Source of the DNA: an uncultured Bifidobacteriaceae bacterium
Lineage (GTDB): Bacteria; Verrucomicrobiota; Verrucomicrobiia; Limisphaerales; UBA11358
Reading direction: 5' to 3'
Length of the DNA stretch: 64,000 nt
Assembly (NCBI GenBank): GCA_964618545.1
Contig: CAZUBG010000004.1
Coordinates: 73-64,072 of the forward strand
Part shown: positions 55,195-63,193 of the stretch, piece by piece
Layout of the letters: every line of letters begins with the position of its first letter
How positions within the stretch are numbered: position 1 is the stretch's first letter
Program-made: the position numbers and the translations under genes
Notes under the pieces: model-generated
The model's database searches: none
Seen by the model: only the letters and a program-made list of their open reading frames with translations
Told to the model about the DNA's origin: nothing

Positions 55195-56093
55195 TATCAG
55201 CCTTGGCAGTCAGAATCATGCCATTGAGCCCCGGTCTCAGGCTGGCCGCCGTGATTGGATTGCTCCTCGGCCTCAACGGATGGGTGGCGGAAGCACAGAC
55301 TCCGCCATCCGTGATTGCGAGCAAGCCGGTGACCGCGCCGCCCCGGGCATCCAACAGTCCGCTGGCCAATTCCACGCTGGCCTGGGATTCTGAACTAAAA
55401 TCCATTGACGCCCACGTGGATGACACGGAAGCCCACCTGGCCTTTAACTTCACCAATGTCTCGCAGGGGAACGTCATTATCGTCAACGTCGCCGCCGGTT
55501 GTCATTGCACCACGACCAAGGTGGCACCCCTGCCCTGGACAATCGCGCCCGGCTCCAATGGTCAGATTGGTGTGACCATTGACCTTCACGGCAGAGCCAG
55601 CATGCCAAGCACCTTTTACAAAAGTCTCACGGTGTCCACGGACAAAGGCCTCAAGATTTTGAATGTTCGTGTCAACATCCTGCCGGTGGTGCTGCCCCAA
55701 CTGACCGACGCCGAACGCGCCCTGGATCTGAAAACCGCCCTGGCAAACCGGCAGGCGGTCTTTCAAGACGAATGCAGCGTCTGCCACGTCAGGCCCGGGG
55801 CCGACAAGTACGGCAAACCGCTGTATGACGCTGATTGCGCGATCTGCCATGAAGGCGAACACCGGGCCCCGCAAGTGCCGGATTTGCACTCCTTGAAGGC
55901 CGCCACCAACGTGGAATTCTGGCGCGTTTGGATTGCCCACGGCAAACCCGGCTCCCTGATGCCGGCCTTTTCCACAACCGATGGCGGCCCGCTGAATGAC
56001 TCGCAAATCATGACTCTGGCCCAGTATTTGAACCACGCCATACCTTCCAAACCGGCCGCCCCTGCGGCGGGCGGTCAGGAAAAAACACCCTGA
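55191..56093 (+). CDS. Secreted DUF1573-like domain fused to a two-CXXCH cytochrome c domain (paralog 2)
   Basis: It has the same architecture as the upstream gene: AAGCHCTTTKV, CSVCH, CAICH and GSLMPAF. The start overlaps the upstream stop (ATGA). Confidence 0.75.
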   Translation: MISALAVRIMPLSPGLRLAAVIGLLLGLNGWVAEAQTPPSVIASKPVTAPPRASNSPLANSTLAWDSELKSIDAHVDDTEAHLAFNFTNVSQGNVIIVNVAAGCHCTTTKVAPLPWTIAPGSNGQIGVTIDLHGRASMPSTFYKSLTVSTDKGLKILNVRVNILPVVLPQLTDAERALDLKTALANRQAVFQDECSVCHVRPGADKYGKPLYDADCAICHEGEHRAPQVPDLHSLKAATNVEFWRVWIAHGKPGSLMPAFSTTDGGPLNDSQIMTLAQYLNHAIPSKPAAPAAGGQEKTP

Positions 56094-56165
56094 AGTTGTT
56101 GCGGCCGCGGAGCAAGCCGTCAACCTGGGCAATTCAATGAGTTGACGCAGATTGTTCCCCGGCTT

Positions 56166-57272
56166 ATGCTGTCAATTATGACAGCGACACTAATTGACGC
56201 AGACCACCATTCCCGCATCGCCGACCTCGGCCGGCGCGTGCTCAGCGGATCCAAAATCAGCCGCACGGAGGCGCTCTGGTTGTTTGATTTGGAATCCAGT
56301 GCGGACATTTTTGATCTGCTGTCCTGGGCAAACCGCCTCCGCGAAGCCTTCAAGGGCAACAAGATCCACCTCTGCTCCATCGTCAATGCGAAGGCCGGAA
56401 CCTGTTCGGAGAACTGCAGCTTCTGCGCGCAATCCTCACATTATCAAACCGGATCGCCCCAATACGGCTTCATTGATCCCGAGCCCATTGCGGAAGCCGC
56501 CGGTGAAGCCAACCGGAATCATGTCACCGCCGTGGGGTTGGTGGCCGCCTGGAAAGGCCTGAATGAAGGCCCCCTGCTGGATGAAGTGTGCGACCGGATC
56601 GCCGAGTTGAAGGCCGGGGGCCAGACCCGGCCCGACGCCTCGCTGGGCATCATCAAAAGTCAAAAGGTGGCCGACCGCCTCAAAGCCGCCGGCCTGGAAT
56701 GTTACGGACACAATCTGGAAAGCTCCCGTCGCTTCTTCCCGAACACCTGCACCACCCACACCTACGACGACCGACTGCAAACGATTGCCCATTTGAAAAG
56801 GGCCGGCTTGAAAATCTGCTCCGGCGGCATCATCGGCATGGGCGAGACGCGTGAGGATCGTTGTGACCTGGCTTTTTCCCTGCGGGACATCGGGGCCAAC
56901 GTGGTTCCCATCAACATCCTCAATCCCGTCAAAGGAACGCCGTTTGAAAACAATCCGCCGTTGCCGGTCCTGGAAATTCTCAAGACCATCGCCTGCTTCC
57001 GGTTCATTTTGCCGCGGCAGGAAATCATGATTGCCGGCGGGCGCACCGTCAATCTGCGGGACGCCCAGAGCATGATCTTTCAGGCCGGAGCCAGCGCCCT
57101 GATGGTGGGCAATTACCTCACCACGCTGAACCAGCCCGTGGAGAAAGATCTGCAAATGCTCAATGACCTCGGCTTGGAACCCATCTGGGACAAACACGAC
57201 TTCAGCGACCAGGAAGCGGACGGTTGCGATGCCAGCCAGGAAAATCACCTCTGCGAAGCGACGGCCCATTGA
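56166..57272 (+). CDS. bioB: Biotin synthase
   Basis: Radical SAM motif CSENCSFCAQS and GGIIGMGET. The track start at 56142 is a TTG; ATG candidates are at 56166 and 56178. Confidence 0.9.
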   Translation: MLSIMTATLIDADHHSRIADLGRRVLSGSKISRTEALWLFDLESSADIFDLLSWANRLREAFKGNKIHLCSIVNAKAGTCSENCSFCAQSSHYQTGSPQYGFIDPEPIAEAAGEANRNHVTAVGLVAAWKGLNEGPLLDEVCDRIAELKAGGQTRPDASLGIIKSQKVADRLKAAGLECYGHNLESSRRFFPNTCTTHTYDDRLQTIAHLKRAGLKICSGGIIGMGETREDRCDLAFSLRDIGANVVPINILNPVKGTPFENNPPLPVLEILKTIACFRFILPRQEIMIAGGRTVNLRDAQSMIFQAGASALMVGNYLTTLNQPVEKDLQMLNDLGLEPIWDKHDFSDQEADGCDASQENHLCEATAH

Positions 57273-57336
57273 CTCAAAACCGGTCGTTCCGACCCGGGGC
57301 CGGCCGCACGATCCAAACGGCCTTTTTAAAAATCAA

Positions 57337-57365
57337 AAACCGGATGCAGTGTCTGCATCCGGTTT
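57337..57365. terminator. Bidirectional intrinsic terminator between convergent bioB and hpnJ
   Basis: Perfect 13-bp stem AAACCGGATGCAG-TGT-CTGCATCCGGTTT. On the minus strand it is followed by TTTTTGATTTTTAAAAA, and on the plus strand by TTTGGCTTTG. Confidence 0.75.
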
Positions 57366-57385
57366 GGCTTTGAAGGGGGTGTGCT

Positions 57386-58861
57386 TTATGCCGTCGCCAG
57401 GGCGGCCTTGGCGGTGGCGGCTTTGGACGCGGCCAGGTCGTGCTTCCGCTCGCGGAGGCTCTTGAAGAACTCGTAACCTTCGCGACAGCGGCGGACCATG
57501 ACATCCTTGTCCTCGAGCATGGTCTTGATGATGCGCAGAATCGGCTTGGGGCGCAGATAATAGGCGCGGTAAAAGCGGTCCACTTCCTCGAAAATCCTGT
57601 CCTTGCCCAGGCCGGGATATTCCAGCGCGCTCTGCTGGAAGCCGTCGCCGTGCAGGATGTCGCCCTTGTCCTTTTTGCTGAACCAGCCGTTTTGCCGGGC
57701 CATTTCGTATAGTTCCGTACCAGGATAAGGCGCGGCCAGGGACACTTGCAGGGAGAACACGTCCAGTTCCTTGGCAAAGTTGATCGTGTTTTGGATGGAT
57801 TTTTCGGTCTCGACGGGCAGGCCGAGAATGAAGGTGCCGTGAATCACCACGCCGGCCTGGTGGCAGGCCTGGGTGAAGCGGCGCATCTCATCCATGGTCA
57901 CGCCCTTCTTGATGCGGGAGAGAATATCGTCGTTGCCGCTTTCGTAACCGACCAAAAAGAGGCGCAGACCGTTGTCCTTGAAGGATTTGATCGTGTCGTA
58001 ATCCAGATTGGCGCGGCTGTTGCAGCTCCAGGGCACGCCGAGCGGACCGAGCTTTTTTGCGATTTCGCGCGCGCGCGGCAGGTTCGCCGTGAAGGTGTCG
58101 TCGTCAAAGAAAAACTCCTTCACCTGGGGGAAGATTTTCTTCATGTAGGCCATCTCATCGGCCACGTTTTGCGGCGAACGCACACGGTATTTGTGACCGC
58201 CGATGGTCTGCGGCCAGAGACAAAAGGAGCATTGGGCCGGACAACCCCTTCCGGTGTACATGGAGATGTACGGGTGCATCAGATATCCGATGAAATACTT
58301 CTCAATCACCAAATCGCGCTTATAGACATCCGCCACCCAGGGCAGCGTGTCCATGTCCGTGATCATCTCGCGTTCCGGGTTGTGCTTGATCTTCCCGTCC
58401 TTGTCCTTATAGGAGAGTCCGACAATGGTGGACAAATCCCGGTCTTCCGCCACTTCCTTGCAGGTGAAATCAAATTCCTTGCGTCCCACCCAGTCAATGG
58501 CGGGGGACGCCTTGAGGGTTTCGGTGGGCAGCACCATCGTATGGGCGCCGACAAAGCCGATCTTGGTGTCGGGCTTTTGGGCCTTGATGGCCTCGGCCAC
58601 CTTGCAATCGTTTTTCAGCGACGGGGTCGAGGTGTTGATGATGACGTGTTGAAAATCCTTCGCGATGCGCAGGGTTTCCTCCATGCCAATGTTATGCGGC
58701 GCACAATCCAGCAGTTTAGAATCGGGCACCAGGGCGGCGGGTTGAGCCAGCCAGGTGGGATACCAATAACTGGTCACTTCACGCCGGGCCTGATAACGGG
58801 CCCCCGCACCCCCATCAAAGCCATCAAAGCTGGGAGGGGATAGAAACAACGTCTTGCTCAT
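57386..58861 (-). CDS. hpnJ: Hopanoid biosynthesis-associated B12-binding radical SAM protein HpnJ
   Basis: The N-terminus MSKTLFLSPPSFDGFDGGAGARYQARREVTSYWYPTWLAQPAAL matches my recollection of HpnJ. The radical SAM motif is GRGCPAQCSFCLWP. It is adjacent to hpnH. Confidence 0.75.
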   Translation of the reverse strand: MSKTLFLSPPSFDGFDGGAGARYQARREVTSYWYPTWLAQPAALVPDSKLLDCAPHNIGMEETLRIAKDFQHVIINTSTPSLKNDCKVAEAIKAQKPDTKIGFVGAHTMVLPTETLKASPAIDWVGRKEFDFTCKEVAEDRDLSTIVGLSYKDKDGKIKHNPEREMITDMDTLPWVADVYKRDLVIEKYFIGYLMHPYISMYTGRGCPAQCSFCLWPQTIGGHKYRVRSPQNVADEMAYMKKIFPQVKEFFFDDDTFTANLPRAREIAKKLGPLGVPWSCNSRANLDYDTIKSFKDNGLRLFLVGYESGNDDILSRIKKGVTMDEMRRFTQACHQAGVVIHGTFILGLPVETEKSIQNTINFAKELDVFSLQVSLAAPYPGTELYEMARQNGWFSKKDKGDILHGDGFQQSALEYPGLGKDRIFEEVDRFYRAYYLRPKPILRIIKTMLEDKDVMVRRCREGYEFFKSLRERKHDLAASKAATAKAALATA

Positions 58862-58891
58862 GTAAAAGTAGAAGAATGTTGCGACGCCGAC

Positions 58892-60328
58892 TTACTTGGT
58901 TTTGCCGGCGTCCTTGATTTTGGCCAGTAAATCGTCGCGTTCCGAGCTGCCAGCCGTGCCGCAGGAATCGCCGGCGTGCGCCTCGTGCTGATGATCCTCC
59001 TCCGACTTGCGGGAGAACGCCGCCTGGGCGCCATTCATGGCCGCCCTCGGGGAATTGATGGCCGACCGCGCCTCGGCCAGATGGCCTTTGCCGACACTGA
59101 CGCCATTGAAGGCGGTTTTGACCAGTTCCACAGAAGCGGGCCAGGGCTTGGGCTTGGCCCCGAAATTGTAGGCGAAATTCTTCCAGTTGTCGCCGCGCTG
59201 GTAATTGGTGCCCAAGGCTCCGCTGGGATCGTAGCCGCAATGGACCATGCAGTTTTCACAGCGCGGGTCGCGGGCCACGCCGTTCACCACACCGTATTTT
59301 TCCCAATTCACCTTGGTCAGCATTTCCTGATAACCATCATAGTGGCCATCGGTCATCAAATAACAGGGGGCTTTCCAGCCCTTGACGTTGTAGGTGGGAA
59401 TGGCCCAGGCGGTGCAGGTCAGCTCGCGTTTGCCAGCGAGGAATTCCTGATAAACCGGGGTGCCGAAAATGGTGAATTTTTCACCCCATTCCTGAATCCG
59501 GGCGAATTTTTGCCGGGTCATTTTGCGCGTCAGGAAGAAATCCTCCGGCTGTTTGCCCAGGCGTTTGACCATGTCCTTTTTCGCGGCATCGTATTCGTAG
59601 CCGGGGGAAATCGTGTGGCCATCCACCTCAAGCGAACTCAAATACTTGAACATTTCCTCGAGTTCCTGCACATCGGTTTCCTTGTAGACGGTGGTGTTGG
59701 TGGCCACCTGATAACCGAGGATCTTGGCCATTTTGATGGCCTCGATGCATTCCTTGAACACGCCTTCGCGCTCAACAATGAGGTCGTGCGTGAATTCCAG
59801 TCCGTCCACATGCACATTCCAATACATCCACTTGGTCGGGCGAATGACGACCTTGGAGCGGGCGGCTTCGCCGGCGGTGCGGATGGCGTCGGCCTCCCTG
59901 TCGGAAATCAATTTTTCGGCGAGCAGTTTCTTCAGGGTGGGCTCCGCGGCGGGGGAATAAATGGCGGCGAGGTAATCCCGCATTTTTTTGCGCATGAACA
60001 CGCCGTTGGTGCAGATGTAGATCACGCGGCCCTGTTCGCGCAAGCCCGCGACCAACTCCTCGATCCTGGGATAAATCAACGGTTCACCACCACAAATGGA
60101 CACCATCGGGGCGTCGCATTCGACGGCGACGGCGAGACATTTCTCCAAGGGCACCATGTCCTTGAGGTTGGTGGAATATTCACGGATGCGCCCGCACCCG
60201 GTGCAAGTCAAATTGCAGGTGTGCAAGGGTTCGAGTTGCAAAACCATCGCGAATTTCGGGGTCTTGCGAACTTTATGTTTTACAATGTGGCTGGCGATTT
60301 TTACCGTCAGCGTGAGTGGGAAACGCAT
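58892..60328 (-). CDS. hpnH: Adenosyl-hopene transferase HpnH (radical SAM) with ~90-aa C-terminal extension
   Basis: FAMVLQLEPLHTCNLTCTGCGRIREY carries a CX3CX2C motif in the HpnH-typical context. The tail after about aa 385 is low-complexity and His/Asp-rich. Confidence 0.75.
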   Translation of the reverse strand: MRFPLTLTVKIASHIVKHKVRKTPKFAMVLQLEPLHTCNLTCTGCGRIREYSTNLKDMVPLEKCLAVAVECDAPMVSICGGEPLIYPRIEELVAGLREQGRVIYICTNGVFMRKKMRDYLAAIYSPAAEPTLKKLLAEKLISDREADAIRTAGEAARSKVVIRPTKWMYWNVHVDGLEFTHDLIVEREGVFKECIEAIKMAKILGYQVATNTTVYKETDVQELEEMFKYLSSLEVDGHTISPGYEYDAAKKDMVKRLGKQPEDFFLTRKMTRQKFARIQEWGEKFTIFGTPVYQEFLAGKRELTCTAWAIPTYNVKGWKAPCYLMTDGHYDGYQEMLTKVNWEKYGVVNGVARDPRCENCMVHCGYDPSGALGTNYQRGDNWKNFAYNFGAKPKPWPASVELVKTAFNGVSVGKGHLAEARSAINSPRAAMNGAQAAFSRKSEEDHQHEAHAGDSCGTAGSSERDDLLAKIKDAGKTK

Positions 60329-60334
60329 ATGTTA

Positions 60335-60541
60335 TTATCGAGCTTGGGCGACGACCATGACCTGATCAGGGGGTTCGTTCAGCATCCGTCCGCCGGGCGC
60401 CGGGTCGGCCTTCATGAGACCGGGCAGGAAAAACGAGGCTGGCGAAACGGTCGTGCCGGTGTTGATGCCGGAGCAACCCGTCGCCAACAACCCAAGCCCG
60501 GCCACGCAGGCCAGCCAGATGATTTTACCGTTTATTCTCAC
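60335..60541 (-). CDS. Small lipoprotein (about 68 aa)
   Basis: A GTG at 60539-60541 gives VRINGKIIWLACVAGLGLLATGCSG..., a signal peptide plus lipobox LATGC. The track ORF extends to 60622 but has no internal ATG. Confidence 0.45.
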   Translation of the reverse strand: MRINGKIIWLACVAGLGLLATGCSGINTGTTVSPASFFLPGLMKADPAPGGRMLNEPPDQVMVVAQAR

Positions 60542-60600
60542 TTGGCTAATATAAACGAGTCCCCCATAATGGCAAACACTTATTCCGAAGACCAGTTCGC

Positions 60601-61392
60601 ATGATTTCAACGACCAATTCACGCTTGGGCCGGCTCTTTTCCGCCCTGATTCTTTTGTTTTTGGCGCTGCGCCCGGTCCCAGCGGCTTATTCCGAGCCGA
60701 CCGACCAGGAGGTCTTCGCCCGGCAGGCGGCGGCGGAATATCGCCGGACCCAGGCGGCCTGGCGATCCGCGACCAATGACTCCCCGGCGGCCTGGCAATT
60801 TGCCAGCGCCTGTTTTGACCTGGCGGAATTTGCCACCAACGATGACAACCGGGCCGAACTGGCGGTGCAAGGCATTGATGCCTGCCGCAAATTAATCAAG
60901 GAACAGCCCCAATCCGCCCCGGCCCATTATTATCTGGCCATGAATCTGGGACAATTGGCCCGCACTGAATTGCTGGGGGCGCTCTCCCTGGTCCGGGAAA
61001 TGGAGACTGAATTCAAGACCGCCTGGAGTCTGGATAACCAGGTTGACCATGCCGGAGCGGCGCGCAATCTGGGGCAGCTCTATCGCGATTCGCCGGGCTG
61101 GCCGGCCAGCATCGGGAGCAAGCGCAAGGCGCGCGAGTGGCTGGAACGCGCCGTCCGCACGGCGCCTGACTTCCCGGAAAACCTGTTGCTGCTGAGCGAA
61201 TCTTATTTGCAGTGGGATGAAACGACCGCCGCCCTGAAAGAGTTAAAGCAACTGGATCTGCTGTGGCCCAAGGCCATGACCAATTTCACCGGGACGGCAT
61301 GGAAACAGAACTGGGAGGACTGGTCCGCTCGCCGGGCCGCCGCCCAAGACTTGGTTGACGGTCGGAGCGGAACCAAGAGCGATACCCGATGA
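60601..61392 (+). CDS. Secreted TPR/Sel1-like repeat protein
   Basis: A signal-peptide-like N-terminus is followed by helical repeat patterns (AHYYLAMNLGQLA, AARNLGQLY). Confidence 0.6.
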   Translation: MISTTNSRLGRLFSALILLFLALRPVPAAYSEPTDQEVFARQAAAEYRRTQAAWRSATNDSPAAWQFASACFDLAEFATNDDNRAELAVQGIDACRKLIKEQPQSAPAHYYLAMNLGQLARTELLGALSLVREMETEFKTAWSLDNQVDHAGAARNLGQLYRDSPGWPASIGSKRKAREWLERAVRTAPDFPENLLLLSESYLQWDETTAALKELKQLDLLWPKAMTNFTGTAWKQNWEDWSARRAAAQDLVDGRSGTKSDTR

Positions 61393-61416
61393 GCCAGTTG
61401 GCCCGGACATGAACCC

Positions 61417-61444
61417 GACGCCGGATCAGGGGACCCGGCCGACA
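61417..61444 (+). repeat. Host-region copy of hairpin module R6 (GACGCCGGATCAGGGGACCCGGCCGACA)
   Basis: It is the reverse complement of the 10362 and 14996 copies, allowing a few mismatches. It lies 25 nt downstream of a plus-strand gene, so it has the same orientation relative to transcription as the minus-strand copies. Confidence 0.65.
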
Positions 61445-61510
61445 GAGAGAGTGGGTATTGCGATATTGGCCTGACACCTCGCCGGCGGGCTTCGTGCTGA
61501 CGTGAAAGGT

Positions 61511-61614
61511 CGGATTGGGTTGGATTGGGTTGGATTAGGCGCTGCGGCCCAAAAAGATTTTTTTCTGGATAGCCTTAATTACCGTTAATTATCGGAAATT
61601 AACCTAAATTAAGG
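61511..61614. repeat. Short tandem modules: 3 x 10 bp CGGATTGGGT-type (61511-61540) and an AT-rich TTAATTA-repeat palindrome (61573-61614)
   Basis: CGGATTGGGT TGGATTGGGT TGGATTAGGC. The second module is CCTTAATTACCGTTAATTATCGGAAATTAACCTAAATTAAGG, whose ends CCTTAATT / AATTAAGG are inverted. Confidence 0.7.
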
Positions 61615-61888
61615 CGGCGCTCGCCAGAGACGCCGCTACAAACTTTCGCTGCGGGAACGAGCCGTCCCCGCCCCGAGGGTGTCTCCGCCGTTGGGCGGAA
61701 TATGTCAAAGAACACCGGCGGGAAGAAACCTCAGCCACCGTTGCTGAGCCTTTGGGGTTCAACGTTCATGGCTCCTCCCATGCTCCCAAGAGCAACATAG
61801 CACAGAGGGTGAGACTTGCAAAGTCTACTGTTAAAATATTTTCATCTTCTAATTGAACCTTTTCCAAGCGGGGCGGGATTGATATCAG

Positions 61889-62197
61889 ATGGGCATCAGC
61901 GACATCGGTGATGAATCTCAAAATCTGAAGGGACTCCTGGTTCAAGCCAGAACGGGGGATGTCCGGGCGTTTTGTCAACTGGCCGAACCGCTGCAAACGC
62001 GCCTGTTCCAGCAGGCGATGGCCCTGTGCGGCGACCCCGGGACGGCGGAAGATCTGGTTTCGGAAACCCTAATCGAAGCCTGGAAAGGCCTGGCCCGCTA
62101 TAATGAAACGTGCCGGTTCACGACGTGGTTTTACGCCATTCTCCTGCACCGGCATCAAAAAGAGGTCTGCCCCGCACGCTGGCGGCGGATGTCCTGA
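61889..62197 (+). pseudogene. Truncated ECF-type sigma factor (region 2 only)
   Basis: DLVSETLIEAWKGLARYNETCRFTTWFYAILLHRHQK is a sigma-70 region 2 pattern. The ORF stops after 102 aa with no region 4, and the next reading frame begins inside it. Confidence 0.5.
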
Positions 62198-63046
62198 CCG
62201 TGGCCGTCTTTGATTTTGAATCCAAAGACGAAGCGGTGCGCGATCTTGGCCCGAAAGTCGCCACGCTGGTCAACGCCAGCCTGTCCGCCGACCCGGACGT
62301 CATCACCGTGGAGCGCGCGGAATTGGACAAGGCGCTGGGGGAACAGGAGGCGGGCCTGTCCGGCACGATTTCCCCCGACACCGCGGCCAAAGTCGGCCAG
62401 TTGACCGGCGCCCAGGTGCTGGTCACCGGCCGCGTTTTCAAGGCCGATGAGCAGACCATCATCGTGGCCAAAATCATCGGCACGGAGACCAGCCGCGTCT
62501 ATGGCGAAATGGTCACCGGCAAACCGGGGGCGCTGATCACGGATTTGTCCGCCGAACTGGCGAAAAAAAATCGCGGCCGACGTGGCCCAAAAAGGCGGCA
62601 CGCTGACGGCCCGGGTGGAATCGCACGCGGAGCGCGTGGCCAAAATCAAACAGCAGCTCGAGGGCAAAAAACTGCCGGCGGTCTCGGTGAAGATTTCCGA
62701 ACAGCATTTTGGGCAGCAGGTCATTGACCCGGCGGCGCAGACGGAGTTTTCGGTGATCCTGCAGGAATGCGGATTCACGGTCGTGGATGAAAATTCCACA
62801 AACAAGGCGGCGGTGGAGATCACCGGCGAGGCGCTGAGTGAATACGGCCTGCGCCGGGGGAATTTGCTGAGCTGCCGGGCGCGGATCGAGCTCAAGGCGC
62901 ATGACGCGGCCTCGGGCGACCTGATTGCCGTGGACCGCCAGACCAGCGTGGCGGTGGACATTGCCGAACACATCGCCGCCAAGACCGCGCTGCAAAACGG
63001 GGCGGACGTTCTGGCCGAACGGGTGATTCCGAAATTGGCGAAATAG
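62110..63046 (+). pseudogene. Frameshifted gene for a CsgG/LpoB/TolB-N-like two-lobed periplasmic protein (frameshift in the A8 run at 62563-62570)
   Basis: ORFs 62110..62727 and 62582..63046 join into one coherent protein if one A is removed (…ELAKKIAADVAQKGGTLTARV…). The motif VAVFDFESKD...VTGRVF is typical of this fold family. No signal peptide is visible at the 5' end. Confidence 0.55.
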
Positions 63047-63193
63047 TCGGCCCGGCTGAATTTGGGGGACAGCCTGGGCCGGGGGCGACCGGAGCCCGGG
63101 GGGCTTCCGGCTCGTTCGGTCCAAATTTTTGCAAATGATCTGTTGCGGTTTATTTCTTTGTGGTAAACCAAGCCCGACCGCCATCATTGAATT

